A stretch of 64,000 bases of DNA. Origin: Clostridia bacterium (GTDB lineage Bacteria > Bacillota > Clostridia > Oscillospirales > CAG-272). The stretch is taken from NCBI GenBank assembly GCA_017456905.1, contig JAFTIL010000017.1:18313-82312 (forward strand), written 5' to 3'. The number at the start of each line of letters is the position of its first letter. Position 1 is the first letter of the stretch. Shown here one piece after another: positions 1 to 9,868 of this stretch. The position numbers and the translations under genes were made by a program. A model generated the notes under the pieces. That model worked only from the letters and a program-made list of their open reading frames with translations. It searched no databases and had not been told where the DNA came from.

Positions 1-11
1 GGTACGGGTAC

Positions 12-40
12 AGTATACCATAGATTTATTGAAAATGCAA
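12..40 (-). promoter_or_regulatory. sigma-A promoter firing leftwards out of the window
   Basis: Minus strand TTGCAT-17 bp-TATACT with extended -10 TG. Confidence 0.6.
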
Positions 41-128
41 TATTTTTTTGTTCTGATGTTAGGATTTTTAAACCGTTTGTTCACATTCACTTCACGAACG
101 GTCTCTCAAAATGTAACAATCCCCCCTC

Positions 129-157
129 TTTACAAATGTCGCAAAAGATGGTATACT
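129..157 (+). promoter_or_regulatory. sigma-A promoter of the YwaF-like gene
   Basis: TTTACA-17 bp-TATACT with TGn extended -10. Confidence 0.6.
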
Positions 158-216
158 GATAATTAAGCAAGTTAACGGTCTAAATCAGAAAGAAAATGTC
201 AAAAGGAGATACGACT

Positions 217-972
217 ATGCAGTGGGGTTCTTTTGGTATTGTCCACATCGCTACCCTTGTCATTGCCGCCGCCCTCATCGTGGGGGGCTACTTCCTTCTC
301 AAGATTTTACCCGAAAAGGTCCGATATTTTTCCATCCTGGCTCTGTCTTGCTCAGGCATCGTGGCGATTATCTACAATCTGGTTGCCTGGGGCTCTCCTC
401 TGGAGTATCTGCCCTTTCATATGTGTTCTATTCTTGCCATCATGCTCCCTATCACGGTGCTGACCAAGAATCGTTATATGGGAAATCTGCTGTTGGTTTG
501 GTGCCTCGGGTCGTTGCTGGCGCTGATCATCAACCATGCTTCGGGACATTTTATCATCCCGTCTGCGGCTTTCTTCATTTATTATATCCCCCACGTCTTT
601 GAGTTTGGCGTGGTGATCTATCTCTTTAAGTTTGGCTACATCAAGAAGGATTATAAGTGTATCCCCGTCACTGTAGGCGCTACAGTGGTGATCTATACCG
701 TTGTCCACTTCATCAACGTGGCCCTGACTCACTACGTGGAGGCCAATCAGATCGTGGACTACGCCGGAAATTTGCTGACCTTCAACTATATGTTCTCCAT
801 GACCCCCGACAACCCCGTGCTGGCGCTGTTCTGGAAGGTCATCCCTCACTCCTATTGGTATATGTATATGGCGGTGATCGTGCTGGTTTTGTACCTGGTG
901 GTGTTGTATCTGCCGCAGATCGTGAGGGCCGTGAAGGAGAAAAAAACGGCTAAAACGGATGCCAATGCCTGA
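217..972 (+). CDS. YwaF/TP0381-family integral membrane protein
   Basis: Multiple TM helices, LPFHMC and NYMF motifs; AAGGAG RBS before ATG 217 (ORF track starts at 196). Confidence 0.7.
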   Translation: MQWGSFGIVHIATLVIAAALIVGGYFLLKILPEKVRYFSILALSCSGIVAIIYNLVAWGSPLEYLPFHMCSILAIMLPITVLTKNRYMGNLLLVWCLGSLLALIINHASGHFIIPSAAFFIYYIPHVFEFGVVIYLFKFGYIKKDYKCIPVTVGATVVIYTVVHFINVALTHYVEANQIVDYAGNLLTFNYMFSMTPDNPVLALFWKVIPHSYWYMYMAVIVLVLYLVVLYLPQIVRAVKEKKTAKTDANA

Positions 973-1014
973 TGCTTTCTATGCGTAAAGCCTCACCGAC
1001 GTTATAAAATGACA

Positions 1015-1050
1015 AATACGGTATATCCCAAAAGATATACCGTATTTTTT
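1015..1050 (+). terminator. intrinsic terminator
   Basis: AATACGGTATATC-loop-GATATACCGTATT followed by T run. Confidence 0.75.
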
Positions 1051-1195
1051 AATGATATGCGCTTCACGCGTCTCCCGTTATTTTTTTGCGGAAAGTTTAT
1101 CCCCTGGAGAGTGGTAACCATCTCTACGGACGGTCGTGTTTTGGACTGAACAGCACGATCCGGCGAGAATAACGATGCTACATTGATTAAAACAA

Positions 1196-1229
1196 ACGAA
1201 CCGCAAGGTTAACACCTTGCGGTTCGTTC
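1196..1229 (-). terminator. intrinsic terminator of the alcohol dehydrogenase operon
   Basis: Perfect hairpin AACGAACCGCAAGGT/ACCTTGCGGTTCGTT directly after the stop codon, T-rich tail on minus strand. Confidence 0.75.
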
Positions 1230-1231
1230 AA

Positions 1232-2380
1232 TTACCAGATCTTCTTAAAGATCGCTATGACTTCTTCCTTGGTGGGTACTCTCGGATTGGTAGCTGTGCA
1301 GCCGTCGGCCAGGGCGGCATCGGCCATTCTGTCAATGGCGGCCATGTATTCCTCCTCGGTCAGCTTAGGGCAGGCCTCGGAAACTCGAGAAGGAATCTGC
1401 ATATCGCTGTTGAGGAAGTGCATATAGGAGATGAGGGATCGAACGGTGGTCACCTCGTTCATATTGCTGACACCCAAAATACGGGCCAGGTTGCAGTATT
1501 TGCGAACGCAGGGGTCGTATTCCTTCTGAGAGCGATTTGTGGGTTTGACCCCGCTGTTGTATTCGATGATGTGAGGAAGCAGGATGGCGTTGGCGCGTCC
1601 ATGGGGAATGTGGAAGTTAGCTCCCAACTGGTGGGCCATGCCATGATTGAGACCCAAGGACGCGGAATTAAAGGCCAGACCGGCCAGACAAGAGGCGATG
1701 TGCATCTTTCTGCGAGCGTGGGTGTCCTCGTTACTGCTGTAGGAGCGGATGAGGAATTGGCCCGAGATCTCTACGGCCTTTTCGGCCAAAGCGCCCGAGA
1801 ACTCGTTGTTGGCGGTGGATACGTAAGCCTCGATGGCATGAGTCAATACGTCCATGCCCGTATCGGCGGTAACCGACGCAGGAACGCTCTTGACAAGTTC
1901 TTCGTCAAGGATGGCTTCGTCGGGAATGAGGTCCTCGGATGCCAGGGGATATTTGCGACCCTTTTCGGGATCCGACAGGACGGCGAAGCAGGTCACCTCG
2001 CTACCCGTGCCGCTGGTGGTGGGGATGGCGATCAGATGGGGAAAATAATCCTTTTCAAGCTGGTTGGCAAATTTTCGGATGGCCTTGGCTGTATCAATAG
2101 CAGAACCGCCGCCCACGGCCACCAGACAGGGCGCGTGGAGTTTCAAAGCCACCGAGACGCCTGCGATCACCTTTTCAATGGGGGGATCGGGAACGATATC
2201 GGTAAAAAGCTCGTATTGGATCATTGCGGAGTCCAGGCGGGAGGTGAGAAGCTTGATCATGCCGCTCTTGACTACAAAAGGATCTGAGATGAGCATAACA
2301 TTTTTGTAGGGGAGCTGAGTCAATCTGTCAAGGGCGCGCTCACCGAAGAAAATTTCTGTATTGATGTGAAATTCTTTCAT
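1232..2380 (-). CDS. iron-containing alcohol dehydrogenase (PduQ/EutG-like)
   Basis: GGGSAID, PTTSGTGSE, DVLTHAIEAY, LNHGMAH and HGRANA motifs. Confidence 0.9.
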   Translation of the reverse strand: MKEFHINTEIFFGERALDRLTQLPYKNVMLISDPFVVKSGMIKLLTSRLDSAMIQYELFTDIVPDPPIEKVIAGVSVALKLHAPCLVAVGGGSAIDTAKAIRKFANQLEKDYFPHLIAIPTTSGTGSEVTCFAVLSDPEKGRKYPLASEDLIPDEAILDEELVKSVPASVTADTGMDVLTHAIEAYVSTANNEFSGALAEKAVEISGQFLIRSYSSNEDTHARRKMHIASCLAGLAFNSASLGLNHGMAHQLGANFHIPHGRANAILLPHIIEYNSGVKPTNRSQKEYDPCVRKYCNLARILGVSNMNEVTTVRSLISYMHFLNSDMQIPSRVSEACPKLTEEEYMAAIDRMADAALADGCTATNPRVPTKEEVIAIFKKIW

Positions 2381-2422
2381 TATTATAATAGCCTTTCTCG
2401 TATAGAGGAGTGTATAGCGAAA

Positions 2423-2998
2423 TTATTCGTGAACCTTGAGGATCTTCTCGGCCATATGTAAAAGCTTGTCCCGCAGCCAATCGGGTTCTACGATACGGAT
2501 GGGGGAACGAGCGGTGAATATGGCGCAGAGAAAGCGGTCGATGTTGTGGAATTCGCAGAGGAAGGTACGCTTGCCTTCGTCTGAGATGATATAACTGCGC
2601 ATTTCCAGCACCGTCAGCTTGTCCTTGATCTCCAGGGTAGCGGTGTAAGGGATCTGACTTTGGATGATGACGTGGTCGGCTTCGGGCATATGGAAGGCGG
2701 CACGCCCCGAGACCAAAGTGTCGTCTACGGGACGATACAGGTCATCGTTTTCGCCTGCCACAATGAGGGGGAGGGAGAAGGGGGCTGTATAGATATATCC
2801 GCGGTTATGCTGGTCGAAAACAAGAGGGGCTTCCAACTGCTTGCGGAGATAGTCGATGTCTCTGTGTGCCTGACGCAGGGAAATGTGGAAACGCTCGGCC
2901 ATGCGGGGGGCATTGGGATAGGTGCCCCGCCAAACCTCGTCATGGAACCACTGAATGCGCAGGTTGGCTGATGTTTTATGATTCACGTTGTACCTCAC
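2423..2998 (-). CDS. HTH transcriptional regulator of WYL-protein type, lacking the WYL domain
   Basis: N-terminal wHTH YPNAPRMAERFHISLRQAHRDIDYLR; WCX-like C-terminus EPDWLRDKL; only 191 aa. Confidence 0.65.
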   Translation of the reverse strand: MRYNVNHKTSANLRIQWFHDEVWRGTYPNAPRMAERFHISLRQAHRDIDYLRKQLEAPLVFDQHNRGYIYTAPFSLPLIVAGENDDLYRPVDDTLVSGRAAFHMPEADHVIIQSQIPYTATLEIKDKLTVLEMRSYIISDEGKRTFLCEFHNIDRFLCAIFTARSPIRIVEPDWLRDKLLHMAEKILKVHE

Positions 2999-3873
2999 TC
3001 GCCTATGATGTGATGGGGGTCGGAGTCAGTTTCGTGGGTCTCGGTGTCGGTCGCTTCGAGTTGGGTAATCTCTGGAGATGGGATGGTAAAGTAGTAGACC
3101 AATCTGAAGGCGGCGTATACGCCTGCGCCCAGCAGAGCCAGCGCATAAGCACCGTGAATGGGTCTGTTGAGTATGCCTGCGGCCAGAGCGATCAAGGTGG
3201 GAATGCTGCCTGTCAGGCAGAAGTAAAGCGCGATGGCGTGGAAACAGAGGGCTGCGCGGGGCGTAGATTTGCCCAGACGGAAGCGGAGCTCAGCCACCAT
3301 CGTCAAAGCTACGCTGAGAAAACCGAACTGCAGGCCAAGCTTGATGGGGGAGTTCATGGTGGTGAACTGGTCGGTGTAGGTTTCTGCCACGGACAGGAGG
3401 CTCCAGAAAATAGGTGCGTAGCCTATGGCGGCCAGCGCGTTCACATTGATACCTTTGCCGGCAGACCGGGAAATGAGCAAAAGATCATACAAAGCGGCAA
3501 CCAAGGAGAGGCCACCTGCCAGAAGCAGCAGTATGTTATCTTGACTGTCCGATACATACTGCCACAAGATCCAAACACCGCTTGAGGTGAACAGGGCGAA
3601 GGGAAGAACGGGGGCAAGATCCCGTTTGGGCTCGGGCCAGACGGTGGGAAGTGTGCCCTTGGGGGTAGCGATGGACAGTATCATGGGCAGAAGCGCGGCG
3701 GCGAAGGAGAGAATGGTCACTAAGGTAGTGAGCAGGGAATCGTTGAAATAACCGGTTTCGGTATCAAAGCAGGTAAACATAGCGACTGTGCGCAGGATGA
3801 CTCCAACGAAGGTCAGGACGGCGGAACTCCACAGGCAAAGCCTTGCGGTGATGGGTTTGATCTTCACGGACAC
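2995..3873 (-). CDS. hypothetical multi-pass membrane protein
   Basis: About 8 hydrophobic segments; AAAGGAGG RBS before GTG; 4-nt overlap with the downstream gene. Confidence 0.75.
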   Translation of the reverse strand: MSVKIKPITARLCLWSSAVLTFVGVILRTVAMFTCFDTETGYFNDSLLTTLVTILSFAAALLPMILSIATPKGTLPTVWPEPKRDLAPVLPFALFTSSGVWILWQYVSDSQDNILLLLAGGLSLVAALYDLLLISRSAGKGINVNALAAIGYAPIFWSLLSVAETYTDQFTTMNSPIKLGLQFGFLSVALTMVAELRFRLGKSTPRAALCFHAIALYFCLTGSIPTLIALAAGILNRPIHGAYALALLGAGVYAAFRLVYYFTIPSPEITQLEATDTETHETDSDPHHIIGE

Positions 3874-4084
3874 AGCCTCCTTTCAATTTTTATCTGTAAA
3901 TTTGCATATCCTTCAATATTATAATGCAAATATGTGAACACCTTGTAACGAATTAGGCCAATCTTTTGATAATTTTATAATATTTTTTTGATCGCCTCGT
4001 GGAATTGTGCAAAATAAACAAAAACGGAAAGAAAAAATCTTGCAAATTCATGATTTATTTTGCTCGAAAATTTTCTCAAAGCAC

Positions 4085-4113
4085 TTGCAATTTTGGAAAA
4101 AATCGTGTATAAT
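4085..4113 (+). promoter_or_regulatory. sigma-A promoter of the S10 operon
   Basis: TTGCAA-17 bp-TATAAT with AT-rich upstream region. Confidence 0.75.
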
Positions 4114-4127
4114 TGAAGGGCTTGATA

Positions 4128-4210
4128 TGCGCTGATGCGAGAGGTTGCTTACGGGCTTCACCGAGCCTTGTAAGGTAATTTTCGCGGAGTATGTCCGAAA
4201 ATCGGGCGAA
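4128..4210 (+). ncRNA. Firmicutes S10 ribosomal leader-like RNA
   Basis: GATGCGAGAGGTTGC...TTTTCGCGGAGTATGTCCG...CGGGCGA resembles the conserved rpsJ leader of Bacillus/Clostridia. Confidence 0.6.
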
Positions 4211-4390
4211 CCATCACTCCCCCGTGTCCCCTGGGTCTATAAAGCCGCCGGTCGGCGATTTTTATTGGGCCAAAAAGGAACGCACGGAGCGGTGTTGAGT
4301 CGGTGGCCCCGTCACGAATCGTCGAATAGAGCCTGCCACTTCGGGTTGCGGCGGATCGATTTGACGAAATCTAAAAGGAGGCAAGAAACA

Positions 4391-4702
4391 ATGGCAGTGA
4401 AAGAGAAGATCAGAGTTCGTCTCAAGAGCTACGATCACACCCTGATCGACACCGCGGCTGAGAAGATCGTCGCTGTGGCTAAGGCAAACGGTTCTGAGGT
4501 TTCGGGTCCTATCCCGCTTCCTACCGATCGTGAGATCGTGACCATCCTGCGTGCTGTTCACAAGTACAAGGACAGCCGTGAGCAGTTCGAGACCAGAACT
4601 CACAAGAGACTCATCGACATCATGAAGCCTTCCCAGAAGACTGTGGAAGCTCTCATGAACATCGAGCTCCCCGCAGGCGTTGAGATCGAGGTTAAACTGT
4701 AA
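4391..4702 (+). CDS. rpsJ: 30S ribosomal protein S10
   Basis: [29 protein letters not shown]; AAGGAGG RBS. Confidence 0.98.
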   Translation: MAVKEKIRVRLKSYDHTLIDTAAEKIVAVAKANGSEVSGPIPLPTDREIVTILRAVHKYKDSREQFETRTHKRLIDIMKPSQKTVEALMNIELPAGVEIEVKL

Positions 4703-4920
4703 TATCAAGCCCTCGAAGCAAACAAATGCAAAAAACGCGCCCCGGCCGCGTAAGCGGAAGTAACCCTACATATTATATAGGGTTGCGACAAAGACAACAG
4801 CCGACACCTGCAAACATGCGTGCGGATGGCTCGGTAACTTTGTAAGTCATGTTGACCGAAGGATGTCGGATCTCGACTGAAAACCTCGGCCAACCAATAA
4901 TTTACAGGAGGAAAACTCAA

Positions 4921-5550
4921 ATGCAAAAGGGAATTATCGGCAAGAAGATCGGTATGACTCAGATCTTCGATGAGAATGGCAATGTCATTCCCGTAACCCT
5001 CATCGAAGCCGGCCCCTGTGTTGTCGCACAGAAGAAGACCGGTGAGAACGACGGCTACGACGCCGTCCAGCTTGGCTTCATGGAGATGAAGGCCAAGCAC
5101 GTCAACAAGCCTCGCGCAGGCCACTTCGCAAAGAATGGCATCAGCGTGAAGAAGCACCTCAAGGAGTTCCGCCTTGATGACTGCGCCAAGTACAATGTCG
5201 GCGACGTCATTACCGTCGATACCTTCGCCGCTGGCGAAAAGGTCGATGTAACCGGTATGACCAAGGGACATGGTTACAGCGGTGTCGTTAAGCGCTGGAA
5301 TCACCACAAGCTTCGTATGACCCACGGTGTGGGCCCTGTGCACCGCCAGCCCGGTTCCATGGGTTCCATCGACCCCGCCAGAATCTTCAAGAATCACAAG
5401 ATGCCTGGCCAGTACGGTAACGAAAAGGTCACCGTGCAGAACCTCAAGGTTGTTAAGATCGACAGCGAGAGAAACATCCTCGCCGTGAAGGGTGCCATTC
5501 CCGGCGCCAAGGGCGGCATCGTGTTCGTTCGCAACTCGGTCAAAGCATAA
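4921..5550 (+). CDS. rplC: 50S ribosomal protein L3
   Basis: [18 protein letters not shown]; operon position. Confidence 0.98.
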   Translation: MQKGIIGKKIGMTQIFDENGNVIPVTLIEAGPCVVAQKKTGENDGYDAVQLGFMEMKAKHVNKPRAGHFAKNGISVKKHLKEFRLDDCAKYNVGDVITVDTFAAGEKVDVTGMTKGHGYSGVVKRWNHHKLRMTHGVGPVHRQPGSMGSIDPARIFKNHKMPGQYGNEKVTVQNLKVVKIDSERNILAVKGAIPGAKGGIVFVRNSVKA

Positions 5551-5570
5551 GCGGAAGGAGGAAATAAAAC

Positions 5571-6194
5571 ATGCCTAACGTAAAAGTGTTTAACATGGCC
5601 GGCGAGGCTGTGGGCACCATGGTCCTGTCCGATATGATCTTCGGCGCAGAGATCAATGCTGCTGTCCTCCATGCCGCAGTCAGAGCATATCTGCTCAACC
5701 AGAGACAGGGCACTCAGTCCACTCTGACCCGCACCGAGGTTTCCGGTGGCGGCAGAAAGCCCTGGAGACAGAAGGGCACCGGTCGTGCTCGTCAGGGTTC
5801 TACCCGTTCTCCTCAGTGGACTCACGGTGGTATCGCACTGGGCCCCAAGCCCCGTTCCTACCGCACCGATATGAACAAGAAGACCAAGAGAGTCGCTCTG
5901 TTCTCCGCTCTCTCTGCTAAGGTTGCAGAGGGCAAGCTCATCATCGTTGATGAGATCAAGTGCAACGAGTACAAGACCAAGACCATGGTTGGTATGCTCA
6001 AGGCACTGGGTGCTGAGAATCGCACTCTGGTGGTTCTCCCCGAAGTGAACCACTACACCATTAAGAGCTGCGCTAACATCGAGCGCGTCGAGACCTGCCT
6101 CGCTTCCACGATCAACGTGTACGAGATCATGAAGGCCGACAAGCTGGTGATCGCTGCTGCAGCCGTGAAGATGCTCGAGGAGGTGTACGCATAA
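5571..6194 (+). CDS. rplD: 50S ribosomal protein L4
   Basis: KPWRQKGTGRARQGS. Confidence 0.98.
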   Translation: MPNVKVFNMAGEAVGTMVLSDMIFGAEINAAVLHAAVRAYLLNQRQGTQSTLTRTEVSGGGRKPWRQKGTGRARQGSTRSPQWTHGGIALGPKPRSYRTDMNKKTKRVALFSALSAKVAEGKLIIVDEIKCNEYKTKTMVGMLKALGAENRTLVVLPEVNHYTIKSCANIERVETCLASTINVYEIMKADKLVIAAAAVKMLEEVYA

Positions 6195-6499
6195 TGAAAA
6201 TGCTTGAAGATATCATCATTAAGCCCGTGATCACCGAGGCGAGCATGGATATGCTGAATGACGAGAACCATAAGAAGTACGTCTTCAAGGTTCTGCCTTC
6301 TGCAACCAAGCCCGAGATCGCTAAAGCCGTTGAGGCTATCTTCCCCGGCACTAAGGTGGAGAGCGTCAACGTCATCAACATGAAGAGAAAGCCCAAGAGA
6401 ATGGGTGTGCACTTCGGCTACACTTCCGCTTGGAAGAAGGCCATCGTCACCCTGACTGCTGACTCTAAGCCCATCGAGTTCTTCGAAGGCCTGAACTAA
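6194..6499 (+). CDS. rplW: 50S ribosomal protein L23
   Basis: PVITE, ATKPEI, WKKAIVTL. Confidence 0.97.
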   Translation: MKMLEDIIIKPVITEASMDMLNDENHKKYVFKVLPSATKPEIAKAVEAIFPGTKVESVNVINMKRKPKRMGVHFGYTSAWKKAIVTLTADSKPIEFFEGLN

Positions 6500-6517
6500 T
6501 GAAGGAGGTTGAAGTAA

Positions 6518-7351
6518 ATGCCTACGATTAAGTATAAGCCTACGACCCCTTCCAGAAGAAATATGTCCGTGCCCGCTTACAAGCAGGTCATCACCAAGGA
6601 CACTCCCGAGAAGAGCCTGGTCGTTATTAAGAAAAAGCACGCAGGTCGTAATAGCTACGGCCGCATCACCGTTCGTCATCGCGGCGGCGGTAACAAAGTT
6701 AAGTACAGAATTATCGACTTCAAGCGTCTTGACAATGCTCCTGCAACTGTCATCGCTATCGAGTACGACCCCAACCGTTCCGCTTTCATCGCTCTCCTTG
6801 AGAACGAGGCCGGCGTCAGAAGCTACATCGTAGCTCCCGAAGGCCTGCAGGTCGGCGACGTGGTTCGCTCCGGTGCGGACGCTGATATCAAGGTTGGTAA
6901 CACTCTGCCCATCGCTAACATCCCCACCGGTACCTTCATCCACAACGTGGAGCTGTATCCCGGTAAGGGCGCTCAGCTGGCTCGCTCCGCAGGCGTTATG
7001 GCTCAGCTGATCTCCAAGGACGGCGGCATCGCTCAGGTGCGTCTGCCTTCCGGTGAAGTTCGTATCATCCGTCTGGACTGCGTGGCTACCATCGGTCAGG
7101 TCGGTAACTTCGAGCACAACACCATCAAGGTCGGTAAGGCCGGTAAGACCCGCCACAAGGGCATTCGTCCTACTGTTCGCGGTTCCGTTATGAACCCCTG
7201 CGATCACCCCCACGGTGGTGGTGAGGGCCGTTCTCCCATCGGTCATCCTTCGCCTGTTACCCCTTGGGGTAAGCCCGCTCTGGGTTATAAGACGAGAAAC
7301 AAGAAGGCTCGCACCGACAAGTTTATCGTCAAGCGTAGAAACGCTAAGTAA
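6518..7351 (+). CDS. rplB: 50S ribosomal protein L2
   Basis: [21 protein letters not shown]. Confidence 0.98.
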   Translation: MPTIKYKPTTPSRRNMSVPAYKQVITKDTPEKSLVVIKKKHAGRNSYGRITVRHRGGGNKVKYRIIDFKRLDNAPATVIAIEYDPNRSAFIALLENEAGVRSYIVAPEGLQVGDVVRSGADADIKVGNTLPIANIPTGTFIHNVELYPGKGAQLARSAGVMAQLISKDGGIAQVRLPSGEVRIIRLDCVATIGQVGNFEHNTIKVGKAGKTRHKGIRPTVRGSVMNPCDHPHGGGEGRSPIGHPSPVTPWGKPALGYKTRNKKARTDKFIVKRRNAK

Positions 7352-7365
7352 GGAGGGAATATAAC

Positions 7366-7641
7366 ATGAGTAGAAGTTTGAAAAAGCCTCCTTTTGTGGA
7401 AGCAAAACTGTACGCAAGAATTTGCGCCATGAACGAAAATCATGAAAAGAAGGTGCTCAAGACCTGGTCCAGAGCATCCACGATATTCCCGGAATTTGTC
7501 GGTCACACGATCGCCGTTCACGACGGTAGAAAGCACGTTCCGGTGTATATCACCGAAGAAATGGTCGGCCACAAGCTGGGCGAGTTTGCCCTGACCCGCA
7601 CTTTCAAGGGTCACGCCGGCTCCAAGACTTCTAACAAGTAA
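7366..7641 (+). CDS. rpsS: 30S ribosomal protein S19
   Basis: MSRSLKK, KTWSRAS, GHKLGEF. Confidence 0.98.
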   Translation: MSRSLKKPPFVEAKLYARICAMNENHEKKVLKTWSRASTIFPEFVGHTIAVHDGRKHVPVYITEEMVGHKLGEFALTRTFKGHAGSKTSNK

Positions 7642-7660
7642 TTAAGAGGAGGATATAAGA

Positions 7661-7996
7661 ATGCAAGCAGTAGCACATCTGAAGCATGCTCGGATCTCTC
7701 CTCGCAAGGTGCAGATCGTCCTCGACCTCATCAGAGGTAAGGATGCGGACATGGCCATGGCTATTCTGAAGAACACCCGCCGCGGTGCTTCCGAGTATCT
7801 CATCAAGCTCCTGAAGAGCGCCATCGCCAACGCCGAGAACAACAATCACATGGACGCCTCGAAGCTTTACGTTTCCGAGTGCTTCGTAACCCCCGGCCCT
7901 ACCATGAAGAGAATCATGCCCCGTGCAAAGGGAAGCGCAGACCGCATCCTGAAGAGAACGAGCCATGTGACCATCGTGGTTAAGGAAAGAGACTAA
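7661..7996 (+). CDS. rplV: 50S ribosomal protein L22
   Basis: [22 protein letters not shown]. Confidence 0.98.
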   Translation: MQAVAHLKHARISPRKVQIVLDLIRGKDADMAMAILKNTRRGASEYLIKLLKSAIANAENNNHMDASKLYVSECFVTPGPTMKRIMPRAKGSADRILKRTSHVTIVVKERD

Positions 7997-8013
7997 GAAA
8001 GGAGACCAGAACA

Positions 8014-8886
8014 ATGGGACAAAAGGTAAATCCCCACGGTTTGCGCGTGGGTGTCATTAAGAACTGGGATTCCAGATGGTTCGTGAAGGACGAAGTCTTC
8101 GGCGATACCCTGGTTTCCGACTACAACATCAGAAAGTATCTGAAGAAGGCTCTGCAGGACGCAGGCGGTCCTAAGATCGAGATCGAGCGTGACAGCCGTC
8201 GCGTTCGCGTATTCGTCCACTGCGCTAAGCCCGGTATGGTAATTGGCCGCGGCGGTGAGCAGATTGACAAGTACAAGAAGGAACTGGAAGCTATGGTTGG
8301 TATGCCTGTGGCCCTCAACGTGGTTGAGGTTCGCCAGCCCGACCTGAATGCTCAGCTCGTCGCCGAGAACATCGCCGGCCAGCTGGAGCGCCGCGCTTCC
8401 TTCCGTCGTGCCATGAAGATGGCCATTCGTAACACCATGAAGAGTGGTGCCAAGGGTATCAAGATCTCCTGCGGCGGCCGTCTGGGCGGCGCTGAGATCG
8501 CTCGTTCCGAGCACTACCACGAGGGTACCATTCCGCTGCAGACTCTGCGCGCTGACATCGACTACGGTTTCTGGGAGGCTAACACCACCTACGGTAAGAT
8601 CGGCGTGAAGGTCTGGATCTTCAAGGGCGAAATCCTCAACGAAGTGAACCGCCCCGAAGCCCGTGAGGCTGCTCGCCCCGACCGCCGTCAGGGTGACCGC
8701 CGTCAGGGTGATCGCCGTCAGGGTGACCGCCGTCAGGGTGGCGACCGCCGTCAGGGTGGTGACCGCCGTCAGGGTGGCGACCGCCGTTTCGGTGACCGCA
8801 AGCCCGGTGCACCTGCAGCCGCTCCTCGTCCTGTCGAGAGACTGCCCAGAACACCTAAGGCTCCCAAAGAAGGAGGCGAGAACTAA
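8014..8886 (+). CDS. rpsC: 30S ribosomal protein S3 with C-terminal repeat extension
   Basis: [22 protein letters not shown]; 290 aa. Confidence 0.98.
   Translation: MGQKVNPHGLRVGVIKNWDSRWFVKDEVFGDTLVSDYNIRKYLKKALQDAGGPKIEIERDSRRVRVFVHCAKPGMVIGRGGEQIDKYKKELEAMVGMPVALNVVEVRQPDLNAQLVAENIAGQLERRASFRRAMKMAIRNTMKSGAKGIKISCGGRLGGAEIARSEHYHEGTIPLQTLRADIDYGFWEANTTYGKIGVKVWIFKGEILNEVNRPEAREAARPDRRQGDRRQGDRRQGDRRQGGDRRQGGDRRQGGDRRFGDRKPGAPAAAPRPVERLPRTPKAPKEGGEN
8680..8799 (+). repeat. coding tandem repeat GACCGCCGTCAGGGT(GGN), encoding DRRQG(G)
   Basis: Six DRRQG(G) units plus DRRFG and DRK, in 15- and 18-nt units. Confidence 0.95.
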
Positions 8887-8888
8887 TT

Positions 8889-9302
8889 ATGTTGATGCCT
8901 AAGAGAGTTAAGTTCCGTCGCGTACAGCGCGGTAGAATGAAGGGTAAGGCCTCCAGAGGTACTACCCTCGCCTACGGTTCCTACGGTCTGGTGGCTACTG
9001 AGCCCGCATGGATCTCCAGCGTACAGATCGAGGCAGCCCGTATTGCAATGACCCGTTACATCAAGCGTGGCGGTAAAGTTTGGATCAAGATCTTCCCCGA
9101 CAAGCCTATCACTGAGAAGCCTGCCGAGACTCGAATGGGTTCCGGTAAGGGTGCAGTTGAGTACTGGGTTGCCGTTGTGAAGCCCGGCCGCATCATGTTT
9201 GAGATGGAAGGTGTTGCAGAGGACGTGGCAAGAGAGGCTATGCGTCTCGCAAGCCACAAGCTCCCCGTCAAGACTAAGTTCATCACCAAAGAGGAGGCGT
9301 AA
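8889..9302 (+). CDS. rplP: 50S ribosomal protein L16
   Basis: [17 protein letters not shown]. Confidence 0.98.
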   Translation: MLMPKRVKFRRVQRGRMKGKASRGTTLAYGSYGLVATEPAWISSVQIEAARIAMTRYIKRGGKVWIKIFPDKPITEKPAETRMGSGKGAVEYWVAVVKPGRIMFEMEGVAEDVAREAMRLASHKLPVKTKFITKEEA

Positions 9303-9307
9303 GAGCA

Positions 9308-9496
9308 ATGAAGGCAGCAGAACTGAGAAATATGACTTCTGAAGAGCTGATGGCTAAGCTCCAGGAGCTGAAGAGCGAGCTTCGCAACCTTCGCTTCCAG
9401 CATGCGATCAACCAGCTTGACAACCCTCATCAGATGACTGAGGTCAAGCACGACATCGCAAGAGTAATGACCGTTCTCAATGAGAAGAACGCGTAA
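9308..9496 (+). CDS. rpmC: 50S ribosomal protein L29
   Basis: LRFQHAINQLDNP, DIARVMT. Confidence 0.97.
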   Translation: MKAAELRNMTSEELMAKLQELKSELRNLRFQHAINQLDNPHQMTEVKHDIARVMTVLNEKNA

Positions 9497-9508
9497 GGAG
9501 GAACAGTC

Positions 9509-9769
9509 ATGACAGAAGCAAGAGCACTGAGAAAGACCCGTGTCGGTATGGTTGTCAGCGACAAGATGGATAAGACCATCGTCGTTGCTATCGAGGACAA
9601 CGTAAAGCATCCCGTCTACGGCAAGATCATTAAGCGCACCCTGAAGGTCCACGCTCATGACGAAAACAATGAGTGCGGCGTGGGTGACCGCGTTGAGATC
9701 ATGGAAACCAGACCTCTGTCCAAGACCAAGAGATGGAGACTGGTCCAGATCATCGAAAAGGCTAAGTAA
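9509..9769 (+). CDS. rpsQ: 30S ribosomal protein S17
   Basis: [23 protein letters not shown]. Confidence 0.98.
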   Translation: MTEARALRKTRVGMVVSDKMDKTIVVAIEDNVKHPVYGKIIKRTLKVHAHDENNECGVGDRVEIMETRPLSKTKRWRLVQIIEKAK

Positions 9770-9868
9770 GTCCGCTATCGGCAACCCGAAGGCCACACGG
9801 GCATTTGTGGCCGGAATTCGAATAGTAGGTACGCCGTTGCGTATTGAAACAGTAGGAGGAAAAACAAC

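Noticed and set aside
1-11. Possible tRNA/rRNA start at the left edge
   Set aside because: Only a leftward promoter is visible; the transcript lies outside the window
8680-8799. CRISPR-like appearance of the rpsC repeat
   Set aside because: No unique spacers; in-frame coding repeat; no cas genes
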